From Mycobacteriales bacterium (GTDB lineage Bacteria; Actinomycetota; Actinomycetes; Mycobacteriales; SCTD01), in the NCBI GenBank assembly GCA_046590985.1, contig JBKJVH010000121.1, forward strand, positions 8,148 to 72,147: DNA of 64,000 bases. The letters run 5' to 3'. The number at the start of each line of letters is the position of its first letter. Within the stretch, counting starts at the first letter, position 1. Of the stretch, positions 7,631 through 15,404 are shown piece after piece. The notes below the pieces were generated by a model. That model was not told the DNA's origin. It saw only the letters and a program-made list of their open reading frames with translations, and ran no database searches. The translations under genes and the position numbers were made by a program.

Positions 7631-9028
7631 GTGGTGGACGGACGACCGGCGCGCATCGCCATCGTGGGTGCGGGGCCTGCCGGGATCTACGTCGCCGACG
7701 TGCTCATGAAGTCTGAGGTCGAGGTGAGCATCGACCTCTTCGAGCGTCAGCCGGCCCCGTTCGGCCTGATCCGCTACGGCGTCGCGCCGGACCACCCGCG
7801 CATCAAGGGCATCATCACCGCGCTCCACCAGGTCCTCGACAAGCCGCAGGTCCGGCTGCTGGGGAACGTCGAGTACGGCGTGGACCTCAAGCTCGATGAC
7901 CTGCAGCGCTTCTACGACGCCGTGGTGTTCACGACCGGCGCCGAGAAGGACCGCGACCTCGACATCCCGGGCATCGAGCTGCCGGGGTCGTTCGGCGGTG
8001 CCGACTTCGTGTCGTGGTTCGACGGCCATCCCGACGTGCCGCGCGACTGGCCGCTCTCGGCGCGAAGCATCGCCGTCATCGGGGCCGGCAACGTCGGCCT
8101 CGACGTCGCCCGCATGCTGTCCAAGACCGCGGACGAGCTGCTCGTCACCGAAATCCCGGCCAACGTGTACGACGTCCTGAAGGCCTCGCCGGTCGAGGAG
8201 GTGCACGTCTTCGCCCGCCGTGGCCCCGCGCAGGCCAAGTTCACGCCGCTGGAGCTCCGCGAGCTGGACCACTCACCCAACGTCGAGGTCATCGTGGCGC
8301 CGGAGGACATCGAGTACGACGACGGCTCCGTCGAGGCGATCAACTCCGACAACCAGACCAAGCTCGTCGTGCGTGAGATGGAGCGGTACGCGATGCGCAC
8401 CGCCGAGCACGGCCTCGGCACCCGGCCGCGCAAGCTGTTCCTGCACTTCTTCGAGTCACCGGTGGCCGTCGAGGGTGACGGCCGTGTGGAGCTGTTCCGG
8501 ACCGAGCGCACCGAGCTCACCGGTGACGGCAACGTCACCGGGACAGGGGTGTTCAACGAGTGGCCGGTCCAGGCCGTGTACCGGTGCGTCGGCTACCGCT
8601 CGACCGAGCTCCCGGGCCTGCCCTGGGACGCCCGCAACCACGTGGTGCCGCACGCCCTCGGCCGGGTTCTCGACATCGACGGCAACCACCTGCCCGGGCT
8701 CTACGTCAACGGCTGGGTCAAGCGCGGCCCCGTCGGCCTCATCGGCCACACCAAGGGCGACGCGATCGAGACCGTCCGCTCGCTGCTGGAGGACCTCGAG
8801 GCCGGCCCGGTCGCGGCCGAGCCGTCGCTGGACGCCGTCACCGAGTTCCTGGAGGCCCGCTCGGTGGCGTACACGACCTGGGACGGCTGGTACGCCCTGG
8901 ACGCTCACGAGAAAGCCCTCGGTGCCGCCTTTGGGGAGGTCGCCGGCAAGGACGGCACGCTCGCGCCCCGCGCCCGCGTCAAGGTCGTCGAGAAGGACGC
9001 CATGATCGAGGTCTCCCGCACCGTCTGA
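7631..9028 (+). CDS. fprA: NADPH-ferredoxin reductase (adrenodoxin-reductase type)
   Basis: IAIVGAGPAGIY dinucleotide fold, a second IAVIGAGNVGLDVARML fold, and RPAPFGLIRYGVAPDHP. 465 aa. Confidence 0.9.
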   Translation: MVDGRPARIAIVGAGPAGIYVADVLMKSEVEVSIDLFERQPAPFGLIRYGVAPDHPRIKGIITALHQVLDKPQVRLLGNVEYGVDLKLDDLQRFYDAVVFTTGAEKDRDLDIPGIELPGSFGGADFVSWFDGHPDVPRDWPLSARSIAVIGAGNVGLDVARMLSKTADELLVTEIPANVYDVLKASPVEEVHVFARRGPAQAKFTPLELRELDHSPNVEVIVAPEDIEYDDGSVEAINSDNQTKLVVREMERYAMRTAEHGLGTRPRKLFLHFFESPVAVEGDGRVELFRTERTELTGDGNVTGTGVFNEWPVQAVYRCVGYRSTELPGLPWDARNHVVPHALGRVLDIDGNHLPGLYVNGWVKRGPVGLIGHTKGDAIETVRSLLEDLEAGPVAAEPSLDAVTEFLEARSVAYTTWDGWYALDAHEKALGAAFGEVAGKDGTLAPRARVKVVEKDAMIEVSRTV

Positions 9029-9091
9029 CCCCTTGTGTCCTCAAGACTGGCCCGACGGCCGCGCGTGGGCGTGCGGACGCAAGCTGGGGCG

Positions 9092-10417
9092 TCAGGCGCG
9101 GGGGAGCAGCACCACGAACCGGCCGCCTGGGCCGGCGGTGCAGGTCAGGTCGCCTCCGGTGGCTCGGGCGAGCCGGCGCGCCAGCGCCAGCCCGAGGCCT
9201 GCGCCGCTGTGGCCGTCGTGGATGTCCAGCCGCCGACCGGGCTCGAACACGGCCTCCTGGTGGCCCTCCGGGACGCCGGGCCCGTCGTCGAGCACCTCGA
9301 GCTGGACCCCGGCCGGGACGGCGCTGATGCGGATGCGCGGCTCCGTACCTGCGTAGCGCCGTCCGTTCTCCAGCAGCGGTGCGAGGACGCGTTCGACCAC
9401 CTCTTCCTGCGCGCCGACGAACGGCACCGTCCCGACCACCTCGACAGGTACGCCGGTCTCGCTGGCCACGTGCACCGCGTCGCACCGGCCGGACGACATG
9501 TCCGCACGGGCGGCGGTGAGCAGGGTGTCCAAGATGCGCTCCATCCGGCGGGCACCCTCCCCGACGGTGACCATCGCCCGCTGAGCCTCACCGGCGGTAC
9601 GGGGCCGGCTGCCGTACAGCTCGGCCTCCGCGATGATGCCGGCCAGCGGGGTGCGCAGCTCGTGGGAGATCTCCGCCGACAGCTGCTGCTCGCGGCGGAG
9701 CACCGCCGACAGCCGGTCGAGCAGGGCATCCAGCGTGCCGGCCAGCTCCTCGAGCTCACCCGGACGGTCACCGGCCCCGAACCGGAGCGAGGTGTCACCT
9801 ACCGACCACTCACCGGCCTGCCGGGTCATCTCCGCGACCGGTCGCAGCGCGCGTACGGCCACGGCGCGCGAAACGACGTAGACCAGCACGACCAGGAGCC
9901 CGCCCAGGAGCACCGCGCCGACGACTGTGACGCGGGAACTGCGCCGGTACGGGTCCAGCGAGATGGCCGCCACGACCGTCCCGACCTGGCGGCCCTTGTC
10001 CCGCACCGCCACCGACAGCAGGGCCGTCGCCGGCGGCTCGTCCTTGCGTACCAGCTGGTTCGAGGTCCCGGCGAGGGAGTCGGCCGAGGCCTGGAGCTGG
10101 GTCGCGCCGGCAGGCCGCTCGACGGCGGTGTGGCCCTGGTACACCCAGATGCCGGTGTCGAGGGAGGTGTCCTGGTCGTTGTCAGCGATCTCCAGGCTAC
10201 CGTCGGAGCGGACGGACACGGTCGTGGTCGCGGCGGCGGCCCGGCTGCGCAGGACGTTCTCGGCCTCAGCGTCCAGGCGGCGTTGCAGGAGCAGCGAGAA
10301 GGCGAGGGTCAGCAGCACGACCGCGAGCGCCCCGGCGACCATGCCGGACAGGGCAAGGCGGCCGCTGAGGGTCCGCGGTCCGGAGGTCTGCACTCCCAGC
10401 TTCACTGGCAGGGTCAC
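9092..10417 (-). CDS. Sensor histidine kinase (two TM segments, HAMP, HisKA, HATPase)
   Basis: H-box EISHELRTPL and a G-box GAGLGLALARRLA. GTGA start/stop overlap with the upstream response regulator. Confidence 0.9.
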   Translation of the reverse strand: MTLPVKLGVQTSGPRTLSGRLALSGMVAGALAVVLLTLAFSLLLQRRLDAEAENVLRSRAAAATTTVSVRSDGSLEIADNDQDTSLDTGIWVYQGHTAVERPAGATQLQASADSLAGTSNQLVRKDEPPATALLSVAVRDKGRQVGTVVAAISLDPYRRSSRVTVVGAVLLGGLLVVLVYVVSRAVAVRALRPVAEMTRQAGEWSVGDTSLRFGAGDRPGELEELAGTLDALLDRLSAVLRREQQLSAEISHELRTPLAGIIAEAELYGSRPRTAGEAQRAMVTVGEGARRMERILDTLLTAARADMSSGRCDAVHVASETGVPVEVVGTVPFVGAQEEVVERVLAPLLENGRRYAGTEPRIRISAVPAGVQLEVLDDGPGVPEGHQEAVFEPGRRLDIHDGHSGAGLGLALARRLARATGGDLTCTAGPGGRFVVLLPRA

Positions 10418-11079
10418 GACGCAACGGCGCGGTAGCCCACCCCTCGGACCGTCTCCACGCGATCGGTGGACCCGACCTGGTCGAGCTTGCGGCGTATCCG
10501 GGCGATGTACTGGTCGAGGGTGTTCTCATGCACGATCGCACCGTCGGGCCAGCCCGCGCGGAGCAGCTCGCGGCGCCGGACGACCTCGTGTGGCCGGCCG
10601 AGCAGGGCCGCGAGGAGCCGGAACTCCGTGGGCGACAGCGACACCGTGCTGCCGTCGTTGGTCAGCGCGTGCAGGGACGGGTCCAGGGTCAAGCCGCTGC
10701 TCGTCGCGGTCGTGAAGGTCTCGCTGCGCCGGAGCAGCACCCGGATCCGGGCGAGCAGCTCAGCGATGTGGAAGGGCTTGGTCAGGTAGTCGTCGCCACC
10801 GGCGGCGAACCCGGCGAGGCGCTCGTGGACCGCATCCTTCGCGGTCAGGAACAGCACCGGCGCCTGGATGCCCCGGGCCCGCAGGGCCAGGCACACGTCG
10901 CGCCCGTCCGCGTCGGGCAGCCCGATGTCCAGGACGACCGCGTTGGTGTGGTCGCCCGCGCTGGAGAGCGCGGACTGACCGTCGCTCGCGGTCGTGACGG
11001 TCAGGCCCTCCTCGCGGAGAGCGCGGGCGACGACGTCACGCAGCGCATGGTCGTCCTCGACGAGCAGCACGTGGGACAT
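10414..11079 (-). CDS. OmpR/PhoB-family response regulator
   Basis: Receiver domain (VLLVEDD ... DIGLPDADG ... LTAKD) plus a winged-helix C-terminus (LSPTEFRLLAALL ... VRGVGYR). Confidence 0.9.
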   Translation of the reverse strand: MSHVLLVEDDHALRDVVARALREEGLTVTTASDGQSALSSAGDHTNAVVLDIGLPDADGRDVCLALRARGIQAPVLFLTAKDAVHERLAGFAAGGDDYLTKPFHIAELLARIRVLLRRSETFTTATSSGLTLDPSLHALTNDGSTVSLSPTEFRLLAALLGRPHEVVRRRELLRAGWPDGAIVHENTLDQYIARIRRKLDQVGSTDRVETVRGVGYRAVAS

Positions 11080-11141
11080 GCTCCGAGCATGACAGCCCGC
11101 ACCCGATTCGGTGAGGAGCAGTCAGGTTCGGTTCAGATCTT

Positions 11142-12509
11142 GTGCTTCAACCCGTGACCTTCGCCACCCTCGTGCGTTGGACGGGTGTGCGCCTGCGGCT
11201 CCTTGCTCTCCTCCCCCTCCTGCTCGTCGGGACCCTCCTCGTTCCCAGCGCCTCGGCAGCCGGGAACCCGACCGGTCCGGACGTGTCGAAGTACCAGCAC
11301 GACACCGGCCGTGGCATCGACTGGGGCGCGGTGCGGCGCTCCGGCCAGAGCTTCACGTTCATCAAGGCCTCAGGTCACAGCGACCGCGTCGACCCGTGGT
11401 TCGCGCGCGAGTGGGCGGCGGCGGGCAGAGCCGGCATCATCCGCGGCGCCTACCACTACGCCAACCCGTCGGCCTCGCCCACCATCGCGCGCAGCGCTGA
11501 CGCCCAGGCTGACCTGGTCGTGCGCACCGTCGGCAACACCCGCGAGCAGCGCAACCTCGGGATCGCGCTGGACCTGGAGTCCACCGGCGGTCTCAACCCG
11601 ACCCAGCTCGCCCAGTGGGCGCACGCCTTCCTCGACGGCGTCGAGCGCCGCACCGGCCGGGTGCCGATCCTGTACACCTACGTCAGCTTCTGGTCGAACG
11701 CGATGGCGAACAACCGGAGCTTCGGCGCCTACCCGCTGTGGCTCGCCCGGTACGGCCCTCGGCCGGCGCCGCTGGCCGGCTGGTCGCAGTGGACCTTCTG
11801 GCAGCACAGCAGCAGCGGCCGCCTGCCGGGCATCGTCGGCCTCGTCGATCAGAACGTCATGTGCTGCAGCACGGGCACCCTCGCAGCGCTCGCCGACGGC
11901 CGGAGCTCAGCGATCACGAAGCTCTGGCGCAAGCTCGGCGGTGCCTCCGGCGCGCTGGGGCTGCCGCTCGGGACGGAGGCGGCCGTCGCCGGCGGCTGGG
12001 CGCAGACCTTCCAGCACGGCTTCGTCGCGACGACCAAGGCGCACGGCACCCACGCCGTGCTGGGCGACATCTACCAGCGCTATCGCAGCAATCCCTCGAT
12101 CGGCATCCCGATCGCCGACCAGCAGGTGCACCCGTTGAACGTCCGGACGCAGGCATTCACCGGCGGCCAGATCGTGTACGCCCCCAGCGTCGGCGCCCAT
12201 GCCATCCCGACGGCGATCCTTGGTCGCTGGCTCGCCGACGGGGGCCTGCGCTCCCAGGAAGGCCTTCCGACTGCGGAGGCCACGCGCGTCTCCCAGCAGT
12301 TCGTCGGAGGTGGCCTCTACCGCACCAGGAGCGGTGTCCGCCTGGTCCCGGGCGCCATCCGGGACCGGTACGAGGAGCTCGGCGGCCCCGGCTCGGCGCT
12401 GGGCCTCCCCTCGGCCGAGGCCACGCTCGTGGCCGGGGGCCGGACCGTGACGTTCGACGTCGGCGCCCTCGTCGAGCTCGTGGTGGCCGGCCGGCACGTC
12501 GTCGTCTAG
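11142..12509 (+). CDS. Secreted GH25 muramidase with C-terminal LGFP repeats
   Basis: Signal peptide, then GPDVSKYQHDTGRGIDWGAVRRSGQSFTFIKASG (GH25 signature). Four to five LG(L/I)P...GG repeats follow at the C-terminus. GTG start at 11142 or 11154. Confidence 0.8.
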   Translation: MLQPVTFATLVRWTGVRLRLLALLPLLLVGTLLVPSASAAGNPTGPDVSKYQHDTGRGIDWGAVRRSGQSFTFIKASGHSDRVDPWFAREWAAAGRAGIIRGAYHYANPSASPTIARSADAQADLVVRTVGNTREQRNLGIALDLESTGGLNPTQLAQWAHAFLDGVERRTGRVPILYTYVSFWSNAMANNRSFGAYPLWLARYGPRPAPLAGWSQWTFWQHSSSGRLPGIVGLVDQNVMCCSTGTLAALADGRSSAITKLWRKLGGASGALGLPLGTEAAVAGGWAQTFQHGFVATTKAHGTHAVLGDIYQRYRSNPSIGIPIADQQVHPLNVRTQAFTGGQIVYAPSVGAHAIPTAILGRWLADGGLRSQEGLPTAEATRVSQQFVGGGLYRTRSGVRLVPGAIRDRYEELGGPGSALGLPSAEATLVAGGRTVTFDVGALVELVVAGRHVVV

Positions 12510-12514
12510 GAGCG

Positions 12515-12548
12515 AGCACCACCCTGCCTGACTGCTCAGCGTGGTGCT
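12515..12548 (+). terminator. Candidate terminator hairpin AGCACCAC-N18-GTGGTGCT
   Basis: Perfect 8-bp arms starting 6 nt after the muramidase stop. The loop is long and there is no T-tract. Confidence 0.3.
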
Positions 12549-12646
12549 TGGGGGCGGATCGCAGGAGAGGGGACCTTCGACCTCTTTGCATGAGGCGTCG
12601 CGGTGGGGACAGTGAGGTCCAGTTTCCCTTCTGGAGGCGGTGAACG

Positions 12647-13564
12647 ATGGACAGCTCACGGTTGGGTCCGATCGCGGTGGGGGTCCTGCTGCTGAGTGCC
12701 GCAGGCTGCAACAGCACGCCGACCGCTGCGCCGACCAGCAGCCCCAGCGCGACAGCGACAGCGACCGCAACCGCAACCGCGACCCCGACAGCGACAGCGA
12801 CCCCGACCCCGACAGCCACGACGGTTCAGTCGGTGGCCGGTCCGGTCTGGGAGGTCGACGCGCGCACCCTGGGTCCCGGCCCGCAGACCCGTGGCGTGTC
12901 GGTGCTCCGCTCGATGCGCACCGGGCCGCACGGCAGCTACGAGCGCCTGGTGCTGGAGTTCACGCACCCCTTCGGTGAGGTGAACGTGCGCTACGTGCCC
13001 GTCGTCCGGGCGGATCCCTCGGACAAGATCGTCCCGCTCCGGGGTGCTGCGTTCTTGCAGGTGGTGGTCCAGGGCGCTGTGGCGGACTACGCGGCTACAC
13101 CCCTTCATCCCTACACCGGTCCGTCGACCGTCACGCCAGGCTTCCCGACCCTGAAGCAGGTCTCGATCTCCGGGGACTTCGAGGCTGTGCTGAGCTTCGG
13201 CGTAGGCCTGTCACGGATCGCCGGTTTCCGGGTGCAGCGCCTCCGGTCTCCCGATCGGTTGGTGCTGGACGTCGCAGCACCTCCTACCTGGCGTCACTGG
13301 CCTGACGACAACCTGCTCGCGGCCCGGGCAGCGCAGACGGCCCTCGCCGGCGGGCACCAGCCCTGGCGCGGCGATCCGGCCCAGGTCGCGGCCGCCTACG
13401 CGCGCGCAGTCCTGAGCTGGTCGTCGCCGGTCGTGACCCGGCTGGCCGCCGACCGCTACCGGCTCGGGCAACAGGGCTCCGCGGACCACCTCACCGTGCG
13501 GACGGTCAGGCCGTTCGCCGCGACCAGCGGCCCAAGCGTCGTCGAGGTCACCGACACCCGCTAG
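12647..13564 (+). CDS. Lipoprotein of unknown function with an Ala/Pro-Thr linker
   Basis: GGAGG lies 9 nt upstream of ATG 12647. Lipobox LLSAAGC, followed by the ATATATATATATPTATATPTPTATT linker. Confidence 0.7.
   Translation: MDSSRLGPIAVGVLLLSAAGCNSTPTAAPTSSPSATATATATATATPTATATPTPTATTVQSVAGPVWEVDARTLGPGPQTRGVSVLRSMRTGPHGSYERLVLEFTHPFGEVNVRYVPVVRADPSDKIVPLRGAAFLQVVVQGAVADYAATPLHPYTGPSTVTPGFPTLKQVSISGDFEAVLSFGVGLSRIAGFRVQRLRSPDRLVLDVAAPPTWRHWPDDNLLAARAAQTALAGGHQPWRGDPAQVAAAYARAVLSWSSPVVTRLAADRYRLGQQGSADHLTVRTVRPFAATSGPSVVEVTDTR
12749..12823 (+). repeat. In-frame hexanucleotide microsatellite (GCG/CCG-ACA/ACC)n encoding (AT/PT)n
   Basis: 25 consecutive alternating Ala/Pro and Thr codons read directly from the sequence. 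Confidence 0.8.
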
Positions 13565-13653
13565 GCGGGATGGCTGGCAGGTGACCAGCTCCCCAAGCCA
13601 CACGCCACCAGCATTCAGCCGAGAGCTGAGACACACCACGGGCCCAGCAGGAC

Positions 13654-14688
13654 TTGGAGGATTCCTACAGAATCGGGACCTCAGAGCAGTGGTCGGCAGG
13701 AGGCGCGGCCGTCGCCCCGGTCCGGCAGAGTTGTGGGGTGACCTCATTGATCTCACGACCTGCCGACGCGGACGCCGGGCTCCAGGAGCACCTCACCGCC
13801 CGCCTCGAGACGGCGCTCGACGCCCATCTGTCGCGTGCGCAGCAGTGGTACCCGCACGACTACGTCCCGTGGAGCGAGGCGCGGGACTTCGCGTCGCTGC
13901 CGTTCGAGGAGACCCAGAGCCGGCTGTCGCCCGCCATCCGGGCGTCGGTGCAGCTCAACCTGCTGACCGAGGACAACCTGCCCGGCTACCACGGTGAGAT
14001 CGCCCGCGTCACCGGCAACACCGACGCCTGGAAGGTCTGGCTCGACCGCTGGACGGCTGAGGAGGGTCGGCACGCCATCGCGCTCCGCGACTACCTCACC
14101 GTGACCCGGGCGGTCGATCCCGTCGTGCTCGAGGACGAGCGGATGCTCACCGTCAGCGGTGGCTTCTCCGCGGGTGACCGGGACGGCCTCGCGGTCATTG
14201 CCTACGTCTCCATGCAGGAGCTCGCGACCCGGGTGGCCCACCGAGGCACCGGCAAGCTCTCCGGCGACCCTGGCCTGGAGAAGCTGCTCGCGCGCATCGC
14301 CACCGATGAGAACCTGCACATGGTGCTCTACCGCGACCTGTTCCTGTCGGCGTTGGAGCTCGAACCCGCGCGGGCGCTGGCTGCGTTGAAGAAGGAGATC
14401 GTCGGCTTCGCCATGCCTGGTACGGGGATCCCCGGGTTCCTCCGCCGGGCCGCTGTCGTCGCCCGGGCGGGCATCTACAACCTGGAGATCCACCGCGACC
14501 AGGTGCTACTTCCCATGCTCCGGTTCTGGGAGGTCTTCGAGCGGCCGCTGCCGCCGGACGCCGAGGTCGAGCGCGACGAGATCGCCCTGGTCATGGCAGA
14601 GATCGACCGCAAGGTCGCCAAGCAGCAGTCCCGGCCCGCACGTTCGCGGACCGGGACCGACCTGCTGGGGGCTCAGGAGCCCACGTAG
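13654..14688 (+). CDS. Soluble acyl-ACP desaturase (di-iron, DesA1/DesA2 class)
   Basis: Di-iron ligand motifs EEGRHAIALRDYL and TDENLHMVLYRDL, plus QLNLLTEDNLPGYH. Start is uncertain: the track uses TTG 13654, and in-frame GTG 13738 would give a more typical 316 aa. Confidence 0.85.
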   Translation: MEDSYRIGTSEQWSAGGAAVAPVRQSCGVTSLISRPADADAGLQEHLTARLETALDAHLSRAQQWYPHDYVPWSEARDFASLPFEETQSRLSPAIRASVQLNLLTEDNLPGYHGEIARVTGNTDAWKVWLDRWTAEEGRHAIALRDYLTVTRAVDPVVLEDERMLTVSGGFSAGDRDGLAVIAYVSMQELATRVAHRGTGKLSGDPGLEKLLARIATDENLHMVLYRDLFLSALELEPARALAALKKEIVGFAMPGTGIPGFLRRAAVVARAGIYNLEIHRDQVLLPMLRFWEVFERPLPPDAEVERDEIALVMAEIDRKVAKQQSRPARSRTGTDLLGAQEPT

Positions 14689-15272
14689 ACGTACCCGTTG
14701 CCGACGGAGCACGGGCGGGTCGTGTTGCACCGGTAGTCCCCGCTCTGGTTCATCGCAGCCGAGAAGCTCCCCCGTACTGCGCCGATGGAGTCGGTGCTGG
14801 TGATCTGCACCTTGACGTAGTAATACCCGGCGCCCGCGTTCGGCAGGAACGACAGCGCACCGGCCTGCGCAGAGGTGAGGCTGGAGGGGATCGTGACGTT
14901 CGACGAGGCCGTGTAGTAGTTCGCCCAGGCCGAGCCGTTCCAGCGCTGCACGGTGTAGGTGACCTTGATGTACTCGGTGCCGCTACTCGGGCTGGTGCGG
15001 TAGACGACCGGCCCGGTCTGGAAGATCCACGGACGCAGCATCGGACCGGTGACCGCCGAGCCGGAGTCGTAGTGCCGGCCCTCGACCTGGTAGACGGTCG
15101 GGCGCACCGCCATCGTGGACTGGGTGATCGTGTAGGCGTGCGCCGGCTGGGCCAGGACCGGCAGGCACACAGCCGTGAAGCTGGCGGCCAGCAGCCCCAG
15201 CGCGGCCGAACGTGCCCGCAGTCCCCGCTTGTGGGCCTGCGGAACGGTGGCTTCGGTCAGGGTGGTGGACAT
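14673..15272 (-). CDS. Secreted hypothetical protein (199 aa)
   Basis: ATG 15272 is preceded by GAGGAG. Signal peptide with AQPAHA cleavage site. The mature part is rich in Tyr, Thr and Ser and ends ...YRCNTTRPCSVGNGYVYVGS. It is the only credible part of the 1103-aa track ORF. Confidence 0.65.
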   Translation of the reverse strand: MSTTLTEATVPQAHKRGLRARSAALGLLAASFTAVCLPVLAQPAHAYTITQSTMAVRPTVYQVEGRHYDSGSAVTGPMLRPWIFQTGPVVYRTSPSSGTEYIKVTYTVQRWNGSAWANYYTASSNVTIPSSLTSAQAGALSFLPNAGAGYYYVKVQITSTDSIGAVRGSFSAAMNQSGDYRCNTTRPCSVGNGYVYVGS

Positions 15273-15404
15273 CTCGGTTCTCCTCGGTCGGCGCCCGGGC
15301 TGTTCCGGACGACACACACCGTGCCCGGGGCGCGGCCGCCCGTCGGTTCGCCCGCGGACGGCTCCGGCGTTCGCTGGCGAACACGTGACCGGCACAATGC
15401 CGGC

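Noticed and set aside
9035-10435. 466-aa plus-strand ORF
   Set aside because: It is antisense to the histidine kinase, which has H-box and G-box motifs.
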